A stretch of DNA of 64,000 bases from Cytophagales bacterium (GCA_965224495.1 CBDCZI010000025.1:243495-307494); one strand, 5' to 3'; shown: positions 50,101-60,124, counted from the stretch's first letter. A program made the numbers and translations. The notes: generated from the sequence alone by a model not told the origin.

Positions 50101-51479
50101 ATGGGGAGAAACACAATCAGAATAATTAATTGACCAAAAAAGGCGGAATTCATCATCTTACTCGATGAATTGTAGGTGATATTGTCTAATTCGTCATTGG
50201 TCAACGGTTGCTCTTTTTGGCGAACAAACTGCATTGTGTAAAAAGCGACACTCTCGACTATTATCACTGCTCCATCGACAATAATACCGAAATCTATCGC
50301 TCCCAAACTCATTAGGTTTGACCAAACGCCAAACAAATTCATCATAATATAAGCAAACAATAAAGACAAGGGAATGGTAGAAGCAACGATAAGCCCTCCT
50401 CTAAAATTACCCAAAAACAAAACCAAAACAAGCACGACAATCAAACCTCCTTCCAAAAGGTTAGTCGAAACAGTAGAAGTAGTACGGTCAATTAAATCTG
50501 AACGGTCAAGGAAAGGTTCGATAGAGATACCCTTAGGCAACGATTTCTCGATTTCCACGACTCTCTTTTTAATTAAATCAATCACTTCATTAGAGTTTGC
50601 ACCCTTCAGCATCAATACCATTCCACCGACGGCTTCACCTTTACCATCTTTGGTAAATGCCCCATAACGAATGGCTTTCCCAAAAGAAACACGAGCAATA
50701 TCACGCACCAAAATCGGTGTTTTATTCACCGTTTTCACGACTATTTGCTCAATATCACCCAACGAATGAATCAGCCCTTCGCCACGAATAAAGTTTGCTT
50801 GATGATTTTTAACAATATAAGCACCTCCTGTATTTCCGTTGTTTTGCTCTAAAGCAGAAAACACATCCGAGATTGTTATTCCCATACTTTTTAAATGATT
50901 GGGGTCGATAGCGACTTCATATTGTTTAATATTACCACCAAAACTATTGACCTCTATCACGCCCTGCACCATTGCCATTTGACGTTTCACTATCCAATCT
51001 TGGTGCGTACGTAACTCGGTCAAACTGTAATTATAGCCTTCAGCCACTTTCAAACTGTATTGGTAAACTTCGCCCAAACCAGTCGCTATTGGCCCCATAA
51101 ATGGTTTGCCAAACTGCTTTGGTATATTGATTTCGTTGAGCTTTTCGGCGATTAATTGACGAGGTAAAAACGTGCCTTTATCGTCTTCAAAAACAATAGT
51201 AACCACCGATAACCCAAAGCGAGAAATCGAACGGATTTCTGTGACACCAGGTAAATTAGCCATCGCCAATTCGACAGGGTAAGTAACAAACTGTTCAATA
51301 TCCTCCGTTCCCAAATTGGGAGAAGTGGTAATCACTTGTACCTGATTGTTGGTAATGTCAGGCACGGCATCAACAGGAACTTTATTCATCGAATAAATCC
51401 CAAAAGCAATCCAAACAAGCAAGAGCAAACCAATGAGTAACTTGTTCTTAATAGAAAAAGAAATAATTTTATTTATCAT
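47130..51479 (-). CDS. CzcA/CusA-family heavy-metal RND pump fused in frame to a TolC/CzcC-like outer-membrane factor
   Basis: The first about 1034 codons are a 12-TM HME-RND protein (MINKIISFSIKNK...). With no stop codon they continue into MNKIKLSPHLLALLVVFCVFTAPIKAQ plus about 390 aa of TolC-like repeats. The ATG at 51479 is preferred over the track TTG at 51491. Confidence 0.85.
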   Translation of the reverse strand: MINKIISFSIKNKLLIGLLLLVWIAFGIYSMNKVPVDAVPDITNNQVQVITTSPNLGTEDIEQFVTYPVELAMANLPGVTEIRSISRFGLSVVTIVFEDDKGTFLPRQLIAEKLNEINIPKQFGKPFMGPIATGLGEVYQYSLKVAEGYNYSLTELRTHQDWIVKRQMAMVQGVIEVNSFGGNIKQYEVAIDPNHLKSMGITISDVFSALEQNNGNTGGAYIVKNHQANFIRGEGLIHSLGDIEQIVVKTVNKTPILVRDIARVSFGKAIRYGAFTKDGKGEAVGGMVLMLKGANSNEVIDLIKKRVVEIEKSLPKGISIEPFLDRSDLIDRTTSTVSTNLLEGGLIVVLVLVLFLGNFRGGLIVASTIPLSLLFAYIMMNLFGVWSNLMSLGAIDFGIIVDGAVIIVESVAFYTMQFVRQKEQPLTNDELDNITYNSSSKMMNSAFFGQLIILIVFLPILTLTGVEGKMFKPMAMTFSFAVMGAMILCLTYVPMVSALFMNKKAKKKLTFGDRFIVWLENNYVKLLSWVLTKTKLVLGLSVAFMAVAIFLFSRMGGEFMPNLDEGDLALHALLKPGSSLDEAIQSTNYIEEILLAKFPEVKEVVARIGVSEIPIDPMPMDVADMFVLLKPKKEWVSASSKEELVKKFKKELAVLPGINFEFTQPVQMRFNELLTGVRQDVAIKLYGESLAILTEKSQQIASIVQTVEGVGDLKVEATQGLPQMSVRFQRDRMAQYGLSIEELNSIIKMAFAGETAGVVFEGEKRFDLVIRLKETHRKGITDLENIFIPLADGSHIPLREVAKIDFQPGLMQVSRENTNRRIYVGVNVRGRDIQSFVEEVQTKIDAELDLPTGYYIKYGGTFENLQRAKDRLLIVVPLVLFLIFVLLYLALKSFWQTMIIYIAIPLSAVGGVFSLWVMGMPFSISAGVGFIVLFGVAVLNGLVLIASFNDLKTTQGENMTLKERILKGAKERIRPIFLTATTDVLGFLPMAISVSAGAEVQRPLATVVIGGLLTSSLLTLVVLPVLYAMIENKTMNKIKLSPHLLALLVVFCVFTAPIKAQTTLLPIEKAVEIALSKNGSMQLADLEIERQKTLKSSAISIKKTNFDFNYGQINSINNDFGFEINQKFQFPSLYKKQVQLAKGQIVTSELQKAITGNELKKEVKAVWLHLAYLHQRQQLLIFQDSIYQQFAHATKIRYETEETSYLEFVNAEAQVMQIEMEKEQNLADISIYQTQLKTLLNVDYLVDATHEKLQKRVFVLDTNAISSNPLLSYYMHQSTLAEQKKAVLKASNLPDFRVGYFNQSMVGWQDVDNTPTYFEGKKRFQGVQFGVAIPIWFKGNSAKVKASGLDKMKAETQANYYKTQLLGKYKHLIQTHHKLKLGIAYYETKGISQANLILGNAQKSFAYEAINYIEYVQSIDVALAIKFNYLKTLNQYNQSVVEIDYLLGK

Positions 51480-51542
51480 ACAAAAAGACAATAAGAAATG
51501 TGCGGTAACAACACGTTACCGATAAAATAAGCCAACGAAAAA

Positions 51543-51851
51543 CTATCCTATTTTAGGAGGTTGATCTATTTTATTACTAAAAAGTGTCGTGTACAAATCT
51601 AAATAAACAACCACTTGTGGTTGGAAAACGACAGCTAACTCACGGCTAAAAAAAGTAATGTCTAATTGAAAAACTACATTTGTACTGCAACAATCACAAG
51701 TACAAAAAGGCGAACAATGGTCTTCGTGTTCCGACGAATCGTGGTCGTGATTTTCAGAAAGTTCGTGCGTATGTCCGCTTTCATTATCAGCACAAGGAAT
51801 GGCATTTAATGACAAAATAACAACAGACAATAAGATAGCGAACCACTTCAT
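51543..51851 (-). CDS. Small secreted Cys/His-rich protein at the head of the czc-like operon
   Basis: 102 aa with a signal peptide. Contains HTHELSENHDHDSSEHEDHCSPFCTCDCC. Resembles the small DUF found upstream of Bacteroidota metal-efflux operons, recalled from memory. Confidence 0.55.
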   Translation of the reverse strand: MKWFAILLSVVILSLNAIPCADNESGHTHELSENHDHDSSEHEDHCSPFCTCDCCSTNVVFQLDITFFSRELAVVFQPQVVVYLDLYTTLFSNKIDQPPKIG

Positions 51852-51876
51852 AAAGTGAATATACGGTAAAAAGGTA

Positions 51877-52827
51877 TTACAGACCTCCTTTTTTCTGTAA
51901 ATCAGCGAAATAAGCGATAGTTTTTTCTAAACCTTGCTCCAATTGAATCGTTGGTTGCCAGTCCAATTCTTTTTTTGCCAACTGAATATCAGGCTGACGT
52001 TGTTTTGGGTCATCTTGAGGCATATCCAAATGAATAATTTTTGATTTAGACCCCACACCAGCAATCACTTTTTCTGCCAATTCGAGCATCGTAAACTCAT
52101 TCGGATTTCCAATATTACAAGGACCAGTAAAGCCATCACGCGAATTCATCAAACGCATCATCCCTTCAATATTATCGTCCACATAGCAAAAACTACGAGT
52201 CTGTAAACCATCGCCATACATCGTGATATCTTTCCCCTCCAACGCCTGAACGATGAAATTAGAAACCACACGCCCATCACGAGGATTCATTTTCGGACCA
52301 TACGTATTGAAAATACGCATCACCTTAATATCCACATTATTTTGGTTGTGGTAGTCAAAAAACAAGGTTTCCGCACATCGTTTTCCCTCATCATAACACG
52401 AGCGTATCCCTATCGGATTGACGTGTCCCCAATAACTTTCAGGTTGCGGATGCACCAAGGGGTCGCCATAAACCTCACTTGTACTCGCTTGTAAAACCTT
52501 CGCACCGACACGTTTAGCCAATCCCAGCATATTTATCGCCCCCATAACCGACGTTTTTGTCGTTTTTATCGGGTTATGTTGGTAATGAATCGGCGAAGCA
52601 GGACAAGCTAAATTATAAATTTGGTCAACTTCCGCAAAAAATGGAGCAATCACATCGTGACGAATCAATTCAAAATAAGGATTATCGAGTAAATGCACGA
52701 CATTTTGTTTATTTCCAGTAAAGAAATTATCAAGGCAAATCACCTCATTTCCTTCCTCTAACAAGCGTTCACACAAATGCGAACCCAAAAAACCAGCACC
52801 ACCAGTAACTAAAACCCTATTTTTCAT
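51877..52827 (-). CDS. UDP-glucuronate decarboxylase (UDP-xylose synthase), SDR family
   Basis: GGAGFLGSH Rossmann motif and the YDEGKR catalytic Tyr-x3-Lys. Strong similarity to UXS enzymes. Confidence 0.9.
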   Translation of the reverse strand: MKNRVLVTGGAGFLGSHLCERLLEEGNEVICLDNFFTGNKQNVVHLLDNPYFELIRHDVIAPFFAEVDQIYNLACPASPIHYQHNPIKTTKTSVMGAINMLGLAKRVGAKVLQASTSEVYGDPLVHPQPESYWGHVNPIGIRSCYDEGKRCAETLFFDYHNQNNVDIKVMRIFNTYGPKMNPRDGRVVSNFIVQALEGKDITMYGDGLQTRSFCYVDDNIEGMMRLMNSRDGFTGPCNIGNPNEFTMLELAEKVIAGVGSKSKIIHLDMPQDDPKQRQPDIQLAKKELDWQPTIQLEQGLEKTIAYFADLQKKGGL

Positions 52828-52880
52828 AACTACTCTATTTTGAAGTCACTAAGGTACGAATTTTTATTGAGTAGTATCAT

Positions 52881-53041
52881 TTGGAGCATCCCCCTTTTCG
52901 ATGAATTATTTTTCACTATTTCATAGCCCAAATTACCGATAGAAAGAGAGATAGTCGATAAAAAGGAAGAAGGGGTCGGGCTTTATCGTTCTCAATCTTT
53001 GTTCGTTCCTCACAAAGGATTTCCACTTCAATCCCTAAGCC
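52881..53041 (+). repeat. Dispersed structured element, copy C
   Basis: TTGGAGCATCCCCCTTTTC...GAAGAAGGGGTCGGGCTTT...ATCTTTGT-TCGTTCCTC-ACAAAGGAT...CAATCCCTAAGCC. Confidence 0.8.
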
Positions 53042-53074
53042 GTCTATTCGCTTTCGCACCAAAAACAAATAAGG

Positions 53075-54826
53075 TTACTTTTCAAACATAGTGTTAGCTA
53101 AAGTCAGCATAAAAATACCATCTCCCATAATTGTAACGGTCGTTTCAGCGGTCATGTAATCGTGGGCGTCGTCGTAATAAACTGCCGAATAGGTGTTGAA
53201 TTCGTCTTCCCATCTTGGCTGATAAGTAAAGCCTAACTCTTTGTGAGAAACGAGGTCGCCTGGACCAGGCGATATCTCTCCAATAGGGTAGAGGTTTTGT
53301 TGGAGTTTGTAAATCTGCATATAACTGTTTTTCAGGGGTTTTTTAAGTTTTTTTGAGCCTATAAAACTCACTCCCCAATTGTTTAGCCCAAAAGAATAAT
53401 TAACAACATTTAAGAAAATTGATTTGTAAAATGTCTTTTTCTGTTGGTGGGTTCTTATCCCCGCATTGTTGGCGACAATAAGCATAGAACCCATTGTTCC
53501 CCAAGTCAATTGGTGCGGTTGATTGAAAATATTGGTGCGCTTATCCATTTCAGCATCAAAAACATTAAGGTCTTCAATGAGGTTTATCGGTTGGGTTTTA
53601 TTAATCGCCCACATACGGTTGTGTACCATCATATTGCACGTACCCCAAGCCGCCCACCAGCCTGTACCTGCTGCAGTCGAATAAGTGATAGCATCTTTTT
53701 TGTAACTTTCTTTTTTTGTTAAAAGATATAACTCTTCAGCAGCTAATGCCATGTTATCGTTTTCTGTATCGTCGGCATAAAACTGTTCCCCACCTGTTCC
53801 GCCAGTGTTTGGGGCATCTAAAGGGAGGTTGTCGTAATCTGGTTCTTGCTCATTTCCTTTCCACCAAGCAGGGCTTTCTTTACTATTTTTGGCAACTTGG
53901 TAGATAGCGATAGCTTTTTCTTTGTATTGTTTTGCTAACTCTTTTTGCCCAATTTTATTAAAAACATTAGCTCCTAAAGCTAAGGCAGCGGCAGTATATC
54001 CCATTTGTGTTTTTGATAAAGCTGAATATGCCTCTCTACGTCCGTTTAAAATGTCATTTTCGGGTAATCGGTCACCGATTTGGTGGTCTAAATAACCACC
54101 TACTTGAATGATGAAAACGTCATTTTTAGGCATCGTTTGTAATAAATAGTCTAATCCAAATTTCGCTTCATCTAAAATATCCACCAACTCGCTTGTCGAA
54201 TATTTTTTCTTAAATAACTCTGGGTTTAGCTCGTAACTTCTTAGTAATAAGTAGGTCGTATAAGCATTTGTTAAGGTAAATTTGATATAGTCACCTGCGT
54301 CATACCACCCTCCCTGCATGTTTACAGGAGTGATAGAGGTGTTTAGCCCCCAATTGTTGTTTTGACTGTTTGTTCTCGTATAAACTTTGCAACTACTGTC
54401 ACCTTTATGAGCAGGTCTGTGGTCTAAAACGTCATCTGTACCGCTTCTACGTACTTTCATATAACGCAACATATCACTTATGTAGGGTTGGTAAGGTTGG
54501 TCAGCGATAGTAAATGTGATTTGTTCACCGTTAATTGAAAAGGTGTAAATGCCTTTGGTTTTGAGTTTGTTGAATTTTATTTCGTAGTTGTATTTTTTGG
54601 AAGTGTAACCTGTTATTCCAGTTGTTGCTTTTTTCAGCGTACCAAATAAAACCAAACTGTCGTTTGTTGCTATTTTCCATTCTTTTGTAGCTAAGTTTTC
54701 ATCCGAAATAACCACAATACGTTTGTTTTGAGAAGTAATATAACCCGCTTGATTGTAGCGAATATAGGTTTTGCCAAAACTAAGTACGCTAGTAAAAGTA
54801 AAAAGAAGGGATAATAGATATTTCAT
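53075..54826 (-). CDS. Glycoside hydrolase family 9 (endoglucanase-like) with N-terminal Ig-like domain
   Basis: Signal peptide, GH9 signature [12 protein letters not shown], and an (alpha/alpha)6 catalytic-domain length. Confidence 0.8.
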   Translation of the reverse strand: MKYLLSLLFTFTSVLSFGKTYIRYNQAGYITSQNKRIVVISDENLATKEWKIATNDSLVLFGTLKKATTGITGYTSKKYNYEIKFNKLKTKGIYTFSINGEQITFTIADQPYQPYISDMLRYMKVRRSGTDDVLDHRPAHKGDSSCKVYTRTNSQNNNWGLNTSITPVNMQGGWYDAGDYIKFTLTNAYTTYLLLRSYELNPELFKKKYSTSELVDILDEAKFGLDYLLQTMPKNDVFIIQVGGYLDHQIGDRLPENDILNGRREAYSALSKTQMGYTAAALALGANVFNKIGQKELAKQYKEKAIAIYQVAKNSKESPAWWKGNEQEPDYDNLPLDAPNTGGTGGEQFYADDTENDNMALAAEELYLLTKKESYKKDAITYSTAAGTGWWAAWGTCNMMVHNRMWAINKTQPINLIEDLNVFDAEMDKRTNIFNQPHQLTWGTMGSMLIVANNAGIRTHQQKKTFYKSIFLNVVNYSFGLNNWGVSFIGSKKLKKPLKNSYMQIYKLQQNLYPIGEISPGPGDLVSHKELGFTYQPRWEDEFNTYSAVYYDDAHDYMTAETTVTIMGDGIFMLTLANTMFEK

Positions 54827-54837
54827 AATAGGTTATT

Positions 54838-55962
54838 TTAGACAAAGAGGTTGCTTGCTATTTGGTCAGCAAATTGTTGTCCTTTATTAGTTAATGTTAT
54901 TTTGTTGTCTTTAATAGATATTTCATCAGTGGCAAGATGCTGATTGATGATTTTTTGTTGAATTTTAATTAAGTCAAATTGCAATTCTTTTTTTAAAAAC
55001 CCTAAATCAATACCCCAAATGGTACGCAAGCGAGTCATAATGTGTTCGTTTATTTTATCCTCTCGTGTTAGTGTTTCTGTTGTTTGGTAAGCTGTATTGT
55101 TTTCAATTGCTTGTATGTATTTGTTATTATTGGAAATATTCCATGTTCTTTTTTTACCATCAAAAGAGTGGGCACTCGGGCCTAAGCCGAGATAATAAAC
55201 ACCTTTCCAATAATTACTGTTATGGTTCGATTCATGAGTTGGTTTAGCAAAATTTGAGATTTCATATTGAATATAACCAGCTTTTTTGAGTGCTATTTTT
55301 AAATAATCCCATTGTTGTAAAGCTTTCTCATCAGAGAGAGCAGAAAACGTGCCCTTTTTTATCCATTTCCCAAAAACGGTTTTATCTTCAATAGTTAGCC
55401 AGTAAGCAGAAATATGTTCAGGGTTTTGAGAAAGTAAAATTGCTACGTCTTCCCTAAACGAAGCGTCGGTGGAGCGTGGTAATCCGAAAATTAAATCGAT
55501 ATTAATACTTTTGAACCCAACTAAACGTGCATTTTCAATACAATCAATAGCTTGCCTTTGATCGTGAGAGCGATTAAGACTCTTTAAGATATCTTCTTGG
55601 TAAGTCTGCGTACCTATACTTAATCGGTTGATGCCAACAGAAAATAATGACGCTGTGTTTTCTTTTGTTAAATCGTCAGGGTTTGCTTCTAATGTGATTT
55701 CTGCTTTTGGGTTGACGTTGAAATTGTTTTTTATTTTTTGTAAAATTGCCGTTATCTCTTTTGTTGTAAGTAAGGAAGGTGTACCTCCTCCAAAATAAAT
55801 AGTATTGATTGTCGCGTCTTCTAGCAACTGCTTTTGTTGTGAGATTTCTTTTAATAAGCAGTCAATCAACGCTGTTTTGTTCTTTAGTGACGTACTGAAA
55901 TGAAAATCACAATAGTAACAAGCTTTTTTACAAAAGGGGATATGTAGGTAGATTCCGCTCAA
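54838..55962 (-). CDS. hemW: Radical SAM heme chaperone HemW (HemN-like)
   Basis: YLHIPFCKKACYYCDF CxxxCxxC motif and the GGGTPS motif. TTG start inferred because there is an in-frame stop 3 codons upstream. Confidence 0.85.
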   Translation of the reverse strand: MSGIYLHIPFCKKACYYCDFHFSTSLKNKTALIDCLLKEISQQKQLLEDATINTIYFGGGTPSLLTTKEITAILQKIKNNFNVNPKAEITLEANPDDLTKENTASLFSVGINRLSIGTQTYQEDILKSLNRSHDQRQAIDCIENARLVGFKSINIDLIFGLPRSTDASFREDVAILLSQNPEHISAYWLTIEDKTVFGKWIKKGTFSALSDEKALQQWDYLKIALKKAGYIQYEISNFAKPTHESNHNSNYWKGVYYLGLGPSAHSFDGKKRTWNISNNNKYIQAIENNTAYQTTETLTREDKINEHIMTRLRTIWGIDLGFLKKELQFDLIKIQQKIINQHLATDEISIKDNKITLTNKGQQFADQIASNLFV

Positions 55963-56032
55963 TAGATTTCTTTAGACACAAAGATAGAGAGGAAAAGAAT
56001 AGTATTTTCAAAAAACTTCTCGATAATGAACT

Positions 56033-57124
56033 ATGGGTGAATTGTTTTGCTTATTTTTATCGCTAATGGATTTTAAGCACGATTTAACCTATTGTTTTTT
56101 AACCTTTTTTTGGGCGTTTGTCATCACTTTATTTGCGATGCCATCTATTATAGATATGGCACATGCAAAAAAAATATTAGACAAACCCAATGAAAGAACC
56201 ATGCACTTTGTTTTGACACCTCGATTGGGAGGGATAGGGATATTTGCCGGTTTTTTCTCTGCGTTAACTATTTTTGGTGATTTTAAAACAGATGATTTAG
56301 GCGTGCAAATGTTGTTAGCTAGTTCCGTGATTTTGTTTTTTATTGGTTTGAAAGATGATATTATTCCTGTATCTGTATTTAAGAAATTTTTCGTTCAAGT
56401 GATTGCTTCAAGTATTGTTATCTTTTTTGGAGGAGTTAGAATAGAAAGTTTTTATGGCTTTGTGGATATTATTGGTTTGGAAGAAGGCGTGAGTTACGGT
56501 ATCACCTTCATTGTATTGATAGGTTTGACAAATGCAATTAACTTAATAGATGGTATTGATGGTTTAGCAGGCTCTATCGTGTTGTTTATCTCTTTAGTTT
56601 TAGGGGTAGCCTTTTTGTTTGGTCATTCTCCTTATGTGTTTGTTGCTATCGCTTTGGCGGGGTCTTTATTAGGGTTTTTGAGGTATAATTTTCATCGTGC
56701 AAAAATATTCATGGGTGATACGGGTTCTCTTTTATCGGGGTTTGTATTGGCCGTTTTAGCGATTAAATCCATTGATTTGGAAATAGAAGGCGTGAATATG
56801 CCAGCGATGACATTGGCGGTTTTGATTATCCCTGTAGTAGATACCTTGAGGGTATTTACTTTACGGACCTTAGATGGTAAATCACCATTCTCACCAGATA
56901 AACGCCATTTACATCATGTATTGTCTTCTTTTGGGCTAAATTCCAAATTGGTTGTTGCACTTTTGTTGTTGGTCAATTTGTTGTTTGTTATCTCTGTTTA
57001 TTATTTAGGGCAAACGTACTCAATAACATATTTAGTCCTTTATATATTTGTGTTGGTGTTGTTGAGCCTAGGGTTACTCGTATTGGTGTCTAAAATGTTT
57101 GCTCGTTTGAATGATGAGAAATAG
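56033..57124 (+). CDS. MraY/WecA-family polyprenyl-phosphate N-acetylhexosamine-1-phosphate transferase (GT4)
   Basis: NAINLIDGIDGLA and FMGDTGS motifs, 10-11 TM. An alternative ATG lies at 56066. Confidence 0.85.
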   Translation: MGELFCLFLSLMDFKHDLTYCFLTFFWAFVITLFAMPSIIDMAHAKKILDKPNERTMHFVLTPRLGGIGIFAGFFSALTIFGDFKTDDLGVQMLLASSVILFFIGLKDDIIPVSVFKKFFVQVIASSIVIFFGGVRIESFYGFVDIIGLEEGVSYGITFIVLIGLTNAINLIDGIDGLAGSIVLFISLVLGVAFLFGHSPYVFVAIALAGSLLGFLRYNFHRAKIFMGDTGSLLSGFVLAVLAIKSIDLEIEGVNMPAMTLAVLIIPVVDTLRVFTLRTLDGKSPFSPDKRHLHHVLSSFGLNSKLVVALLLLVNLLFVISVYYLGQTYSITYLVLYIFVLVLLSLGLLVLVSKMFARLNDEK

Positions 57125-58196
57125 TTTACTGACCTTTTTCGTTTGCTTGGTTTTTAGCAACAGCTTGTTCGCTCAGGTAGACACTTCTAATTTCATCCAT
57201 GAAAAGGATTTGAGTCAGCATTTTTATTATTACGATTTGTTAGATAACACGGTATTGCCTTTGGTCACTGATACCAAAGATAAAAATGTACTTTACCTAT
57301 TCTTGTCTTCCTCTGAAGTAAAAGGAAAGAAAATAACATTTACACCGCAAGGGTTGCAGCATATTTATTGTGATGGTCGTTTTTTACTTGACGTAGATAA
57401 GGAAACAGTACTCAATTTAAATGAGTTAAAACTTAATAAGAAGCAAACACACACACTCGCTTTTTATAGTTCGTCGGGTGTGATTTTTGAAGGAGGTGTA
57501 TGGTTGGTAGATGATTCGAAGAATGCTTTAGTAAAGACTAAAACAGTTCAAAACCAAGGAGTACTTCGTTTTCAGGAGCAAAACATGACATCAATCTATG
57601 TTGTGTTGATTTTAGTGTTTGTTGTCTTGGGGTATATGAGGTACACGCAATCACCTTATTTATCTGCTTACTTTGACGTTTCAAAATTCACTTACCGCAC
57701 AGGAGTAGAAGATTTCATCTATATGAACCCATTTACCAAACAATCTATTTTGTTACTGTTTTTGGTCGCTTTGTTGTATGCTGTTGGTTTGGTGAATAGG
57801 GACGTGTTTTTTGGGACTTATTCACGATTTGAAGGTGGTAATTTATTAATCACAGGAACCATTATTTTGGCGGTGGTATTTTTGAAATATGCTTATTTGT
57901 ATTTAATCAACTTGCTCTTTGGAGGGAATAAAATTTATAAAGTGCATTTTTTTGAATTTGCACGCTTTTTTGCCTTGTTTGGTTTAGCTTTTTTGTTTTT
58001 ATCGTTAAAAGGGAACTTTTTTTTAAGTGGAATATTGGTTGTAGTGTATCTGATTTGGCTGTTATGGCTACTCTTTGAGTTAGTTAAGAAGTCACGTTAT
58101 AGAAATGTGTATTTATTTTCTTACCTTTGCATTTCAGAGCTCTTCCCTGTTTTGCTTTTAGTGAAAATCATAGGGGTAGGAGCAATGTCTATGTAA
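57111..58196 (+). CDS. DUF4271-family membrane protein
   Basis: 361 aa. N-terminal periplasmic domain plus 6 TM. The conserved Bacteroidota pairing with the downstream hemD-like gene is recalled from memory. Confidence 0.55.
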   Translation: MMRNSLLTFFVCLVFSNSLFAQVDTSNFIHEKDLSQHFYYYDLLDNTVLPLVTDTKDKNVLYLFLSSSEVKGKKITFTPQGLQHIYCDGRFLLDVDKETVLNLNELKLNKKQTHTLAFYSSSGVIFEGGVWLVDDSKNALVKTKTVQNQGVLRFQEQNMTSIYVVLILVFVVLGYMRYTQSPYLSAYFDVSKFTYRTGVEDFIYMNPFTKQSILLLFLVALLYAVGLVNRDVFFGTYSRFEGGNLLITGTIILAVVFLKYAYLYLINLLFGGNKIYKVHFFEFARFFALFGLAFLFLSLKGNFFLSGILVVVYLIWLLWLLFELVKKSRYRNVYLFSYLCISELFPVLLLVKIIGVGAMSM

Positions 58197-58205
58197 AAAC
58201 TACCT

Positions 58206-58979
58206 ATGAGCCAAGAAACTGTCGACCGATCTAAAAAAATAGCTAAGCTATTAATCTCTCAACCAGAGCCCGCAAACGGGAATTCTCCATATTTTAAATT
58301 AGCTGATAAATACGGTATGGCCGTAGAGTTTAAGCAGTTTATAAAAATAGAAGGTGTTTCAGTAAAAGAGTTTAGAAAAGAAAAAATAGATTTCTTAGCT
58401 TATACGGCGGTAGTTTTTACCAGTAGAAATGCCGTAGATCATTATTTTAGAATATGTAAAGAATTAGGTATAGAGATGCCTGCAGATATGAAATATTTCT
58501 GTGTTTCGGAACAAAGTGCTAACTATTTGCAGAAATATATTACAATTCGTAAGCGTAAAATGTTTATAGGGTTGAAGACGGCTTCAGATTTGATAGAGGT
58601 AATCTCAAAACACTCAAAAGAGAAGTTTGTATTCCCTTGCTCAGATATTAGAAAAGCAGAGATACCTCGTTTTATGAAAGAAAACGATATTGAATACAAA
58701 GAAGCTGTTTTGTATAGAACAGTAGCTGCGGATTTATCTCAAGTTAATATTGATGAATTTGACATGGTTGCGTTTTTTAGCCCTTCAGGAGTAAGCTCTT
58801 TGAAAACTAATTTCCCTCAATTTAAACAAGCAGGGATAAGAATTGCTGCTTTTGGACCAACAACAGCGAAAGCTGTTCTTGATAATGGGTTGTTGCTTGA
58901 CGTAGAGGCGCCAATGCCTAATGCTCCCTCTATGACAGGGGCAATTGAACTTTATGTAAAAGAGTTAAATAACAAATAG
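58206..58979 (+). CDS. hemD: Uroporphyrinogen-III synthase (HemD-like)
   Basis: 257 aa with the two-lobe HEM4 pattern (VVFTSRNAVDHYF ... VAFFSPSGVSSL ... AAFGPTTA). Confidence 0.7.
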   Translation: MSQETVDRSKKIAKLLISQPEPANGNSPYFKLADKYGMAVEFKQFIKIEGVSVKEFRKEKIDFLAYTAVVFTSRNAVDHYFRICKELGIEMPADMKYFCVSEQSANYLQKYITIRKRKMFIGLKTASDLIEVISKHSKEKFVFPCSDIRKAEIPRFMKENDIEYKEAVLYRTVAADLSQVNIDEFDMVAFFSPSGVSSLKTNFPQFKQAGIRIAAFGPTTAKAVLDNGLLLDVEAPMPNAPSMTGAIELYVKELNNK

Positions 58980-59080
58980 TTTACTTTTTACGTAAAGCCA
59001 CTTACTGTTTAGTTTGAAAAGTGAAGGTAAGTTACTATTTTGTGTGTCAACTCTTTCTTTTTTACTGTTGAGTGTGTTTT

Positions 59081-60124
59081 ATGAAATTAAAAAATAGTCT
59101 TTTTATCGTTTTTTTGAGTTTGTTGAGTAGTGTCTCACTTGCTCAGCAAGACCCTCATTTTAGCCATTTTATGTTTAACTCGGTGTATTACAACCCAGGT
59201 TATACAGCTATTGAAGGAGTGAGTCGTGCAACATTAATTCATCGCTCACAATGGCTGGGGTACAAATCTTCAAATGAAGCAGACGGAAGAGGTGCGCCAA
59301 CGACACAGGGATTGACGGTGACCTATCCAATAAAGATGTTTGGTTCTACTGTCTTTAATAGTGGGGCGGGTTTGTCTATTGTAAATGATAAATTAGGGCC
59401 TTTGAGAAATTTTGAATTGAAAGGGTCTTTCGCTTATAATGTAAAACTTTCTACGGGAGGTATTTTAGGTGGAGGTTTAGGTGTAGGTTTTTGGCGTCAA
59501 AGTATAGATGGTTCGCTATTGAGAGCAGCAGATGATGATGATGTAGTTGTTGACGGGTTAGTCGGTCAAAAAAACGCACAGTTAAAACCAGATTTATCGT
59601 TAGGTGTTTGGTATAAGACAAAAAAATATGAAGGCGGTGTTTCTGTGCGTCATGCGATACCTAGCCGTTACAGTTATGGAATTGATAAAGACTCTATCTC
59701 ATCTAAGCTAATGCAACATTTATATATAACGGGACGTTATAATATCTATACTGGTTCTGATTTGCTCATATCACCAACAGCTATGATTTATACAGACTTC
59801 TCTGGTTTGTCGATTAATTATGGCGTATTGACTTCTTATCGAGACATGAAATATTGGGCAGGATTGACTCTACGTCAGTCAACAGCTAAGAAAGCGGGGG
59901 ATAGTAAGAACACAGTAAGTAATAATGATGTAGTTATTTTGATAGGAGCATCATTTTTGAAACAAAAAGAATTAAGAGTAGGGTATTCGTTGGATATTGT
60001 TACAAGTGGTGTGAAAGCCAAAAGAGGAACTTCGCATGAGATATTACTTTCTTATGTGTTACCTATAGGTAAAGACGATGAGAAACCGCCGTTGCGTTCT
60101 CCTCGTTACCGTCATGAAAATTAA
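59081..60124 (+). CDS. porP: T9SS membrane protein PorP/SprF family
   Basis: Signal peptide followed by QQDPHFSHFMFNSVYYNPGYT, the family hallmark, and a beta-barrel-like remainder. The ATG at 59081 is preferred over the track start at 59072. Confidence 0.85.
   Translation: MKLKNSLFIVFLSLLSSVSLAQQDPHFSHFMFNSVYYNPGYTAIEGVSRATLIHRSQWLGYKSSNEADGRGAPTTQGLTVTYPIKMFGSTVFNSGAGLSIVNDKLGPLRNFELKGSFAYNVKLSTGGILGGGLGVGFWRQSIDGSLLRAADDDDVVVDGLVGQKNAQLKPDLSLGVWYKTKKYEGGVSVRHAIPSRYSYGIDKDSISSKLMQHLYITGRYNIYTGSDLLISPTAMIYTDFSGLSINYGVLTSYRDMKYWAGLTLRQSTAKKAGDSKNTVSNNDVVILIGASFLKQKELRVGYSLDIVTSGVKAKRGTSHEILLSYVLPIGKDDEKPPLRSPRYRHEN

Noticed and set aside
46029-50667. Plus-strand ORFs of 60-119 aa opposite czcB and czcA (e.g. 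46029-46388, 48535-48780, 50374-50667).
   Set aside because: They are antisense to strongly supported long genes and show no independent signals.
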